From Geotalea daltonii FRC-32 (GTDB lineage: Bacteria; Desulfobacterota; Desulfuromonadia; Geobacterales; Geobacteraceae), in the NCBI RefSeq assembly GCF_000022265.1, contig NC_011979.1, positions 3,120,001 through 3,152,000 on the forward strand: 32,000 nucleotides of DNA, read 5' to 3'. The position numbers were made by a program, and so were the translations under genes. Below are positions 1-8,149 of the stretch, piece by piece (the stretch's first letter is position 1; each line of letters opens with the position of its first letter). The notes below the pieces were generated by a model. That model was not told the origin of the DNA. It saw nothing but the letters and a program-made list of their open reading frames with translations, and did not search any database.

Positions 1-201
1 TGGCAGCTCACCCTCTTCTGATGGTCCTACCAGCACATATACGCCCGTTTCCTGAAATTCATCTCTTTTCTTGATGTCGGGGAGTAATGAGCGTGGAAAA
101 ACAACGCCTCGCCCAGTCCAGTTTGACTTGTCAACAATGCGAAGCCCGTCAGGTTGGCCATAAGGCAGGAATATCTTGATCGAAAATGGTCTTTCTGGCA
201 T
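1..201 (-). CDS. GIY-YIG nuclease family protein (DUF4357-type, R-M/defence-associated); N-terminal 67 codons only, continues past the window edge
   Basis: Not in the ORF track because it runs off the edge. Minus-strand ATG at 201..199 is preceded by GGAGG (210..206, 4-nt spacer). Translation: [67 protein letters not shown]. The pattern I-x-I-F-L-x-x-G-x-P-D-G-x-R-I, then NWTG, then PR, then GVY-x-L-x-G matches from memory the N-terminus of GIY-YIG/DUF4357 proteins common in type I R-M loci. Confidence 0.55.
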   Translation of the reverse strand, partial: MPERPFSIKIFLPYGQPDGLRIVDKSNWTGRGVVFPRSLLPDIKKRDEFQETGVYVLVGPSEEGELP

Positions 202-210
202 TTCGCCTCC

Positions 211-840
211 TTAGATCATCAACATTTCAAATGGTGCAGTTTTTATAACTTTAGTCTGATATGCAATATGGTCCTTACTAGCAGCAAAATACACCAGGGA
301 GGTTTTTGTTGCATCTTCCCTCAGAATCACCCGAACTCCCAGATCTGGCTTCGATGGCACCAGTGCTATACCCCCTAGCCCGGCGCTTTTTGCGCCTATC
401 ATCAAGCCAGGATCAATCACCATACCATGTAAGGTTTCACCAGTAGCCAGAACCCAGTTCAGCCAGTCCATCTCACTTGAACTCATGGGTCCAATGCTTG
501 CTTTTGCTTCTTCTTCAACTACCTTATCACCCTTTATAACCTGAGCAAGGGCGACCATAAGAGCATTAGTACGGACCCTCTCGTCCCGTTCTTCGCTCGA
601 CTCCTGATATGGCTTTTTCAATGTAACGCGGATGCCACTGTCCCAGGCAAGCCAGAGGATTAGACCTTTTAGCCGGGCCAATTCATCAGCGTCAGCCAAA
701 TCTTCAGATGGGTAGATAATAGAATTTGGTGCCTCGAAAAGATTCCTCGCGATACCCGAGGCAGTCTTCGCTCCACTTGTTGCGATGGTGGCAGCAACAG
801 TTCCATTCGGACTTACTGCATCAAAAGTCAAAATAGCCAC
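211..840 (-). CDS. Hypothetical protein (frame B, 3' portion of a frameshift-split gene)
   Basis: 209-codon ORF with protein-like composition. I recognise no family. Its GTG start has no SD. The stop TAA (213..211) lies 9 nt before the next gene's ATG. See feature 821..949. Confidence 0.6.
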   Translation of the reverse strand: MAILTFDAVSPNGTVAATIATSGAKTASGIARNLFEAPNSIIYPSEDLADADELARLKGLILWLAWDSGIRVTLKKPYQESSEERDERVRTNALMVALAQVIKGDKVVEEEAKASIGPMSSSEMDWLNWVLATGETLHGMVIDPGLMIGAKSAGLGGIALVPSKPDLGVRVILREDATKTSLVYFAASKDHIAYQTKVIKTAPFEMLMI

Positions 841-949
841 CGGACGTCAAAAGAATCCTTTCTCGATAAAACGGCATGCCGAACTGCTTCTGCATCCATT
901 CACGACGGACCCAATCTTCGACTTCTAATTGCACCCTTGTGTCAGCCAC
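821..949 (-). CDS. 5' portion (frame A, 42 codons) of the same gene as 211..840, separated from it by one extra T in a T4 run (823..826)
   Basis: GTG at 949..947 sits 6 nt downstream of a perfect GGAGG (960..956). Translation: VADTRVQLEVEDWVRREWMQKQFGMPFYRERILLTSGGYFDF, then TGA at 823..821. Removing one T from GAC-TTT-TGA-T joins it in frame to ...DAVSPNGTVAATI... of the 209-aa ORF. Confidence 0.4.
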   Translation of the reverse strand: MADTRVQLEVEDWVRREWMQKQFGMPFYRERILLTSGGYFDF

Positions 950-965
950 TCACAACCTCCACATT

Positions 966-2027
966 TTATGTCGTAAGCTCCGTCAGCAATGCTTCAAGCT
1001 TTGCTGGCTCCTGCATGATGGTTAATGTCAGATTTCTGATAATATTATTTGCTTCAGGGGGATTTTCGTCAGCAATTTTTAGCTGCAGCTCCTGCAGCTC
1101 AGAACCAATATCAACAGTTGTTGCTTGAATTGAGCCTCTACGTATCTGTCCTCGAAGACTGTTTTTATAAGAACGTGTTTGCATTTTGAATTCAGATGTC
1201 CAGCGACTGGAAAGGTTGATCAACCGATCGAGCCTCTTAACTCGTTCAGTGTGCTCAACTGCCGTTGGCATTATCTTAATCTGCGTCATCTGGTGACGTG
1301 GCTCAAAACATCCATGGGCTGAACGGAACACCGGGTGAAACCATTCATCAAACGCATTCCCTGCATTATCCCAAACGGGTTTTTCTCCTTTATTTGCTCG
1401 TTTATTACAATCATGGCAAATGGGGATAAGATTGTGTGATGCTGTAGATAGCCCCGGGAAGTGTTTCTTCGCAATCCAGTGGTCTACTTCTGGAGATACG
1501 AATGGACCATCGCACAATATGCATGATCTTTCACCATGTTCAGCTTTAAATGCATCAGCAAACGATTGCCTGTTAACACCTCCTGCTGCAACAGGATCTC
1601 CATTTTGATCAAAAGGTACGCCCTCCCCTAGCCCTTTATTGTAAAACTCTATCAAAAGCTCTTTAACTGCGTTCCAACCATCATCACTACAAACCGGTTT
1701 AATTGGCCAAGCTGGAGGAGGATTCTGAAACTGATTTGCCGTATTGTTACTCGCATCCAACCAACAAACTAAGCTGTTTTTTTCCGTCACCGACAGAGCC
1801 GCGATTGTTATTGCTCTGGAAAGCAAAGTCTTTTCTTTATGTTCTTTATTAAGAAATGCGACCAACCAATCACCAACAATAGGGCTTGCATGCAAGGCAC
1901 GCAAATTAGCTGCAGTGACATCCGCTGCAACACGAGTTGCCTCGCACAACCAAAGGATGAGACTTGTTTGAAGAGAATGACAAGCGTCAAGTGCTGGCTG
2001 GCAAACGAGAGTAATCGTTCTAAGCAT
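966..2027 (-). CDS. HNH endonuclease, Septu PtuB-like (TIGR02646-like HNH core with extra N- and C-terminal regions)
   Basis: HNH motif: CILCDGPFVSPEVDHWIAKKHFPGLSTASHNLIPICHDCNKRANKGEK (CxxC...DH...N...CxxCNxxK). The start ATG overlaps the upstream ATPase stop by 8 nt (ATGCTTAG, 2020..2027). An SD-like GAGAGGA lies upstream. Confidence 0.75.
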   Translation of the reverse strand: MLRTITLVCQPALDACHSLQTSLILWLCEATRVAADVTAANLRALHASPIVGDWLVAFLNKEHKEKTLLSRAITIAALSVTEKNSLVCWLDASNNTANQFQNPPPAWPIKPVCSDDGWNAVKELLIEFYNKGLGEGVPFDQNGDPVAAGGVNRQSFADAFKAEHGERSCILCDGPFVSPEVDHWIAKKHFPGLSTASHNLIPICHDCNKRANKGEKPVWDNAGNAFDEWFHPVFRSAHGCFEPRHQMTQIKIMPTAVEHTERVKRLDRLINLSSRWTSEFKMQTRSYKNSLRGQIRRGSIQATTVDIGSELQELQLKIADENPPEANNIIRNLTLTIMQEPAKLEALLTELTT

Positions 2028-3744
2028 TGCGTTTCCTCTCGTTCAGCAGTGTCCTCAATTCAGTACGGTAAAAGCCAGGGCCAACTTTCGAAATAAAGGT
2101 TTCAAGCTCTTCGGTCGTCATTGCTGCCCATTCCTTATTGTCCAACCATTCTTGAGCGCGTTTTCCCACACTATCAGGTGAATCAAATATCCGCATCATA
2201 ACTTCACCTGGATCGGCACCAAAAGTGGGTGAACTAAGAGTAATACGCTGCACATTGTAATCCTGCTTTTCAAGTAAAATGATTTCTTCACTAAACACGT
2301 CGGTCAAAACAATTGCAGAATGAGTGGAAATCAGCACATCATTGGCGGTATTGCCTATGGCTTCGTCGATTATGTCAACGATTTCACGCTTCCACTTGTC
2401 ATTAAAATGCGTTTCCGGCTCGTCAAGCAACAATAGAGCATCCTGTTGCCCATCCAGTAGATGAAACAGCGCCATGCGTCCCAGCACCATCTGCTCGCCA
2501 TCCGAGAGTTCTTCGTAGCGCAGCACGCCTATGTCCTGTCCATCATTATCGGTGCCTGGTTCCGGCACAGGCCGGATTCGAAGGCGCAAGAGTACATCGT
2601 CGAACAAGCCAGACTGATTCAGCTCCAGCAGGCGAGTGAATAACTCGAAAGGCGTAACATCTGCACCGCCAAGCAGGGCCAACAGCGCTTCCCCTTGGGT
2701 CGCGCAGGTGACAAGGGCATCGGTCGCAACGCGTGTGGCCAGCTCCTGCGCACTGAAGGTGCCTTTCAGGTCAAATAACAGAGTACGACGGGTTTCTATA
2801 GGATGAGGTTCCGCAATAACCTCCCCGGCGCACAGCCACCAGTCATGGGCCGTCTCGCACAATTTTCGATCCCAGCTGTTTGCTTGTAAATGGCTGCGAA
2901 ACCCCACCGAGACCAGATGGTGCCAACTTCCTCGTTCCAGCAAGTTTTGTAACGCTGCATCTTGTTGGGCGCTCCCTTTAAGTGCGTGAGGCAATGCCAC
3001 CGCCAGAAGTGCACACTTGAGCAACGTGGCATCAAGCAGAATTGGACGGCGAAAGGAATCAACCTCTCTGGCAGCCGTTTCCCTATCAGATCGCTCTATG
3101 CCGCCCGTCTCCTTCCGAGCTGCTTCTATCGCTAACTCTTGAGCTTTTGTCCAGCCAGCAGGCCGTTCATCAGCAAGGCTCTCTTCCATGTCCTCCAGCA
3201 AGCCTTGCGCATCCTGGTTACGGTTCCATACGGAAAGCCAAGGACGCAACTCTCCCGTGGTATAAGCTAATACAGCCGAGGGAAGTGCTATGAGCGGCGG
3301 CGTAGTATTACGCAAAGGCCAATGTCCTGGCTTAATTAAAGCGGAAAAACCCGGAACACTAGGCATTCCTTCAAGCTCTAAATGCTCAACGCATGTTTCA
3401 AATACTTCTTGACCGTTCTGATCATCGAAGACGAAAGATTCGTGGAGCCATAGGCTCGCCTTGCTTCTAGTACCGGGGCAGTGTAACAAAAGGGTGCGGT
3501 GGGTTTTTGAACCCCGTATCCCCAGCTCATATATCAAGCTGACTGGGAAAGGCGGCACTCGTAGATCGGACAGCGCCAAAAACACCTCGGCAACAGCGCG
3601 AAGCAGGTTAGATTTTCCGCTACCATTGAGACCTACCACAAAACGAATAGCACAATTACGCCCGAGAGGTGAGCCGCTGGCAAAGCAGACGTTTATGTCC
3701 GAGATTGGCGGATAATTTTGGAGATGCAGATAGCGTAGGCGCAT
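2020..3744 (-). CDS. ABC/SMC-type AAA ATPase (AAA_21/23-like), Septu PtuA-like, restriction-system-associated
   Basis: Motifs: Walker A GLNGSGKSNLL; ABC signature LSDGEQ; Walker B ALLLLDEPETH; H-loop LISTHS. About 330 aa are inserted between Walker A and the signature. The ATG (3744..3742) shares 1 nt with the hsdS stop TAA (3746..3744). Confidence 0.8.
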   Translation of the reverse strand: MRLRYLHLQNYPPISDINVCFASGSPLGRNCAIRFVVGLNGSGKSNLLRAVAEVFLALSDLRVPPFPVSLIYELGIRGSKTHRTLLLHCPGTRSKASLWLHESFVFDDQNGQEVFETCVEHLELEGMPSVPGFSALIKPGHWPLRNTTPPLIALPSAVLAYTTGELRPWLSVWNRNQDAQGLLEDMEESLADERPAGWTKAQELAIEAARKETGGIERSDRETAAREVDSFRRPILLDATLLKCALLAVALPHALKGSAQQDAALQNLLERGSWHHLVSVGFRSHLQANSWDRKLCETAHDWWLCAGEVIAEPHPIETRRTLLFDLKGTFSAQELATRVATDALVTCATQGEALLALLGGADVTPFELFTRLLELNQSGLFDDVLLRLRIRPVPEPGTDNDGQDIGVLRYEELSDGEQMVLGRMALFHLLDGQQDALLLLDEPETHFNDKWKREIVDIIDEAIGNTANDVLISTHSAIVLTDVFSEEIILLEKQDYNVQRITLSSPTFGADPGEVMMRIFDSPDSVGKRAQEWLDNKEWAAMTTEELETFISKVGPGFYRTELRTLLNERKRNA

Positions 3745-5678
3745 TACACCTCCTCCAATTGTACTTGATCTACACTCACACCTAGACGTTCGGCAATGTC
3801 GTAAACCAGATCATCCAGGTTGCTGTAGTGCTTACCTCGGTCAACTACTAAATGAGTGCAGTCTTTGTCATTATCATCACGAAGTTCCGTCACCTGGAAC
3901 ATTCCACCGGCACCGGCATGCTCTGAGGTTTCGTAATCTACCCCAACTGTGAAATAGTACGAGGTCATACCTGATGATAATGCCTTACGTAAGGTAGCGA
4001 CATCGGCCAGACGTGTGTACTCCGCTTCACGCAGCGGGCGGAATGCTTTGAGGTATTCGCGCTCCCCGGATTCAAGATTTTGCTTAGGCAGAGTAACTTT
4101 GGCAATTAGGCCCAGAGCGGATAGCTGACTCAAAGTACGGCGGATACGATTATTTAAGGCGGGTCCAAAATTTTGCAGGCGCTCCATCACTTCATCGTCA
4201 TCGCAAAAATGAGTGAACTCGTCAGGGTCCTCGACCAGAAGTGGCAGTTGATCGTTTTGCTCATAATAAGCTTTAAAGGTGGACAAAACCTGGCGCTGGA
4301 ACTCGCTCAATTCGCCCAATAGCCAATGGCGGGCTGAGCGTTCTGAATCCACGTCTGGAGGTAGGCTAGGCTTAGGTTCAGCGGCGGGGCTGCGGGTTTT
4401 TGCACCGCGAGCGTTTAGCAACTGATCGCGACATATTGTGGCTGTGGTAATCTCTGAGGCATGCATCCCCCGCCACTGAGCTGTCAATTCACCCGAAAAT
4501 GCTTCTCCCACCACAGCGCGTATAACTTCATCGATCTTGCTTGCAGATTTCACAATTTCGCTTGTCCAGGCGCGAACTTGCTTGATTTGAACTGCGAACG
4601 CTTCTTGGATTTCCAGGGGAGGAACCGGAATTTTTATGGATTGGATGTTCGGAGCATTTATGTTTGGCTGTGCTACACTGCGAACAGCCTTCTTCAGCAT
4701 CTGCTGAACGTACGGTGTTGCGAAAAGCGCGCGAACATACTCAGGCTGGACTGAATCAGCTAATCCGAACTCGATCAGATAAGCTCCCGCCACACACCGC
4801 CCCTCCTGTCCATCAAACAGTGCAAACGGCCCAATAGTACCACTCCGACTGACGACCAATGTTCCGGGCTTTAATGCGTGCTCTTGGATTTGTCCTTCCG
4901 TAAGAGCTAATTTTGGTGCTTCCCACCACCGGATTGTTCCATCATTGTTCATATCCGTCGTCCGAAGGATATGTATGCCCGAGTCACTATACTGCTGGTC
5001 CGGAAAACGTGGACCGTATTTGCTATAAGTGGTGTGCTTACCAAACGGTTCCATAGGCCAGGCGGAAGAAGCCCCAGCGATACCAAAGTGCTGCTCAAAA
5101 AGTGCCTTGGCAAGCTCAGCTGAAAGTTTAAGTACCTGTTCCTTCTGACTTCTTAAATCCTGTGCCTGCCGCAGCACATCAATAATGCGGTGCTGTTCGG
5201 GGAGAGTGGGGAGAGATAGTTTGAACGAAGCAATCGCCTTGCTCTCTATTCCAGCCTGACTGACCCACCGCTTGGCCCGAGTCTTGGAGTAACCTATCGC
5301 CCATAGTTGGTGTAGATAAAAGGCTAAATACTCAGGCGTTACCAATTCGGGATGCGGGCGAAGACGCGTCATATGATTGGAAAAGACGTATTCGCCTTCC
5401 TGATTAAACACTGCAGTCTTGCCTACCCACTCTTCACTGTTGGTGTTGTTGAAGACGACATCGCCCATCATCAACTTGTATCGTGCTGTCTCCTTGGCAC
5501 TGGCCGATATGTGCTTGATGCCTTCGAGCGTTATTTTTCCGTCTGGAGTGACATTGTGAGTGCGAATCTGCGGGGTTGTGCCGTCATCTTCTTCGCCAGG
5601 TTTTTGCGCAAATCCTGGCTGCAGATCAAGTAAGACATTTCCAACTGTCGCAACTCTCCAGCTTTCCGGCAACCTCAT
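3744..5678 (-). CDS. hsdS: Type I restriction-modification specificity subunit HsdS with a 234-aa C-terminal extension
   Basis: Two target-recognition domains are separated by conserved helices (LPTLPEQHRIIDVL..., PVPPLEIQEAFAVQIKQV...GELTAQWR). The ORF then continues in frame for residues 411-644. The start overlaps the hsdM stop (ATGA, 5675..5678). Confidence 0.9.
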   Translation of the reverse strand: MRLPESWRVATVGNVLLDLQPGFAQKPGEEDDGTTPQIRTHNVTPDGKITLEGIKHISASAKETARYKLMMGDVVFNNTNSEEWVGKTAVFNQEGEYVFSNHMTRLRPHPELVTPEYLAFYLHQLWAIGYSKTRAKRWVSQAGIESKAIASFKLSLPTLPEQHRIIDVLRQAQDLRSQKEQVLKLSAELAKALFEQHFGIAGASSAWPMEPFGKHTTYSKYGPRFPDQQYSDSGIHILRTTDMNNDGTIRWWEAPKLALTEGQIQEHALKPGTLVVSRSGTIGPFALFDGQEGRCVAGAYLIEFGLADSVQPEYVRALFATPYVQQMLKKAVRSVAQPNINAPNIQSIKIPVPPLEIQEAFAVQIKQVRAWTSEIVKSASKIDEVIRAVVGEAFSGELTAQWRGMHASEITTATICRDQLLNARGAKTRSPAAEPKPSLPPDVDSERSARHWLLGELSEFQRQVLSTFKAYYEQNDQLPLLVEDPDEFTHFCDDDEVMERLQNFGPALNNRIRRTLSQLSALGLIAKVTLPKQNLESGEREYLKAFRPLREAEYTRLADVATLRKALSSGMTSYYFTVGVDYETSEHAGAGGMFQVTELRDDNDKDCTHLVVDRGKHYSNLDDLVYDIAERLGVSVDQVQLEEV

Positions 5679-8131
5679 TCCCGCCCCTCCACCATCGCCA
5701 GAAGCTTGTCCAGCCCGCTAATGATCCGCTGCTCGTTGGTCTTCAGCTCACCAATTAACTGCACAACACTCTTGTCGCTTTTGAGTTGCGTAAAATCAAA
5801 CGGTTTGTACTGCCCGGCGGATAGGTTCCATTCGCGGGCTTCGATGCAGTCGGGATCGAGCAGGTCGTCTTTGAGTGCGCCTTTGTCATCGTAGAGTCCC
5901 GCTGCCAGCATCGCCTCGACGTAGGCGGGCCGCACCACGCCGTCGGCGGCGTGGGAGCCAGTCAGTTGGCCGTCTTCGGATTTCCATTCTTCATTTTGTG
6001 CCCAGGCACGCACCGGCACTACCCAGTGCTTGGTAGCTTTCAACACGCGGGTCTGGTCAACCGCCGGGCTGCGTAGCATGACATCGAAGCCGTCTAGTTT
6101 GGCGACTTCACGGGCGATGGCGGCCATTTCAGCAGCCAGATCAGCTATGGGCTCCTGCTCGGGCAGCGAGGCCATGGTTTCCGGATTAAGCGACTCATCA
6201 AAGGTCAGGGCGGTGCTCAGCGCTTCTTTGACCAGTTCCTTCCACATTGGCAAGGCCGGCCCGTCTTCCGGCTCAAAAAACCTGTGCATATCGCGTGCAG
6301 CGCGGTTGAAGTCCTGTTGCGGTACCCGTATGGCTTTCAGCCATTCGGTCTGTGCCTTCTCGGTGGTGATCGCCTTCTTGGCTGCCTTGGCTTTGGCCCA
6401 CTTCCGGCAGAGCGGTTGCAGAATCGGCGTGAAGAACCGGCAGGCTAACCCGGCCAGTGCTTGAAGTGCTGCTTCCCGTATCTGCTCTTCGGCATCCCGA
6501 GGAATGGCCGGTAGCTCGGGAAACAGCTCATGAATCCCCCAGACCTGTCCATCCCACATACTGGTATCAGGCAACTCGGCGAATGCTTCACCTGCCGGGG
6601 TGAGTTTGTCGGCTGTGTCGCGCAGCAGTGCCAGACGCCAGCGTTCAGGGTGAAAGCTGGGCTGCAGCAGGGTCTTTTCATAACGCTGCGCACCTTCCCG
6701 GCCATGACTCAGCCAGGCTTTGAATTTCTCCAGCGCATCCCACAGGTCATTACGTTGCCCCGGCTGCTCGTTTCGTTTTGCATTCAGTGAATAGCCATCT
6801 TCTTCCACTTCATAGAACCAGACGTATTCGGTTCGTGGTGCTGTTGTACCGGTGAAAGTTTGCTTGTCGTCGCGTCGGGTCTCTTTACGGAAGATAAGGA
6901 TGGAGGTCTTGACACCGGTATAGGGCTGGAACACACCACCCGGTAGCGAGATGACCCCTTCAACCACATGCTCAGTCAATAGCTCACGGCGCAGTCGCAC
7001 ATGGGCATCGGTGTTGCCGAACAACACCCCCTCGGGAATAATGACGGCACAGCGCCCGCCAACCTGCAGCAGATCGAGCATCAGCCAGAGGAAAAGCAGT
7101 TCACTCTTGTTGGTGATAGCGTCTTCCTTCTTCTTGCCCCTCTCTGCGGCACGAGGGAATATTTTGCTGTCCTTCTCCAGATCGTTGCTGTCCACCGTGC
7201 CAGTGAAGGGAGGATTGGCAAGGACAAAGTCATACGTTTCGGACTCCATCAACCTGGCAAGTTCAGGCTTGCCATCTCGTTTACTCAGGGAGTCACCTTG
7301 CAGAAGATGTGGGTCTGTCAAGTCGTGAAGTATCAGATTCATCCAACCGATGCGAGCCATGGTACGGTCATTATCAAGACCTACGAAGTTGGCACCGTGA
7401 TGAATTGCAGCATATTGCTCTGATGTTGCAGCAGCCCCGTCAGTGCGGTGGGGTGTACCGTCCCACTCCAACACAAGATTCTCCTGCGCCGAGTACTTGC
7501 GCATCAGATACTGCTGGGTACTGAAGAGAAAACCGCCGGTTCCAGCAGCTGGGTCAATCACGCGCTGGCTTGGTTCAGGATCAAGCAGCTCCACCATGAA
7601 TCGGATCAGATGACGCGGAGTACGAAACTGGCCATTCTTACCCGCCGTGGCAACTTCACTGAGCAGATACTCGAACGTGTCACCCATGATGTCCTGGGCA
7701 GCGGAGCCTTCACCCGCACGAGCGAAGAGCTGATCGACAGCGTCGATAGCATCGGATAGTACCTTGCCTTTGCTGGGGTCGAGCTGAAAATAAGCGTCTG
7801 CCATGCGGTTGTTTAGGCTGGCCAGTTCGCTCGGCTCATCGGATTCTGGTTTAAAATGTTTGTCCAGCTCTCGTAACCAAGGGAATACCACATTGATGAG
7901 ATGGCTCGGATTGGTTTTCTCCTGGCGGATGTAGCCCCATTTGCACGTCTCATTGTCTGCGTAGATGGAGGGCAGACCACGCTGCTGACGCTTGAGGTCA
8001 ATATCTTCGAGCCGCTTGAGAAACAACAGGTAGGTAATCTGCTCGACTGCGACTAAAGGGTTGGTGAGCCCGGCGGCCCAGAAACGATTCCAGAGTTCAT
8101 CAACTTTTTTCTTGATGTACGGAGCGATCAT
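5675..8131 (-). CDS. hsdM: Type I restriction-modification DNA methyltransferase subunit HsdM (N6-adenine), unusually long at 818 aa
   Basis: The N-terminus is HsdM_N-like (KKVDELWNRFWAAGL...YLLFLKRL). The AdoMet motif is VIDPAAGTGGFL and the catalytic motif is LANPPF. A C-terminal EWNLSAGQYKP motif is typical of the HsdM C-terminus. About 280 extra residues lie between the catalytic domain and that motif. Confidence 0.93.
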   Translation of the reverse strand: MIAPYIKKKVDELWNRFWAAGLTNPLVAVEQITYLLFLKRLEDIDLKRQQRGLPSIYADNETCKWGYIRQEKTNPSHLINVVFPWLRELDKHFKPESDEPSELASLNNRMADAYFQLDPSKGKVLSDAIDAVDQLFARAGEGSAAQDIMGDTFEYLLSEVATAGKNGQFRTPRHLIRFMVELLDPEPSQRVIDPAAGTGGFLFSTQQYLMRKYSAQENLVLEWDGTPHRTDGAAATSEQYAAIHHGANFVGLDNDRTMARIGWMNLILHDLTDPHLLQGDSLSKRDGKPELARLMESETYDFVLANPPFTGTVDSNDLEKDSKIFPRAAERGKKKEDAITNKSELLFLWLMLDLLQVGGRCAVIIPEGVLFGNTDAHVRLRRELLTEHVVEGVISLPGGVFQPYTGVKTSILIFRKETRRDDKQTFTGTTAPRTEYVWFYEVEEDGYSLNAKRNEQPGQRNDLWDALEKFKAWLSHGREGAQRYEKTLLQPSFHPERWRLALLRDTADKLTPAGEAFAELPDTSMWDGQVWGIHELFPELPAIPRDAEEQIREAALQALAGLACRFFTPILQPLCRKWAKAKAAKKAITTEKAQTEWLKAIRVPQQDFNRAARDMHRFFEPEDGPALPMWKELVKEALSTALTFDESLNPETMASLPEQEPIADLAAEMAAIAREVAKLDGFDVMLRSPAVDQTRVLKATKHWVVPVRAWAQNEEWKSEDGQLTGSHAADGVVRPAYVEAMLAAGLYDDKGALKDDLLDPDCIEAREWNLSAGQYKPFDFTQLKSDKSVVQLIGELKTNEQRIISGLDKLLAMVEGRE

Positions 8132-8149
8132 TCAGTTTGTCCTTTTGAG

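Noticed and set aside
821-843. RF2 (prfB)-style programmed +1 frameshift as the primary explanation for the split gene.
   Set aside because: It is kept only as an alternative. The stimulatory SD-like element is 10 nt upstream of the slippery codon instead of about 3 nt, and a second gene in the island also has a T-run problem. That makes an indel or sequencing error more parsimonious.
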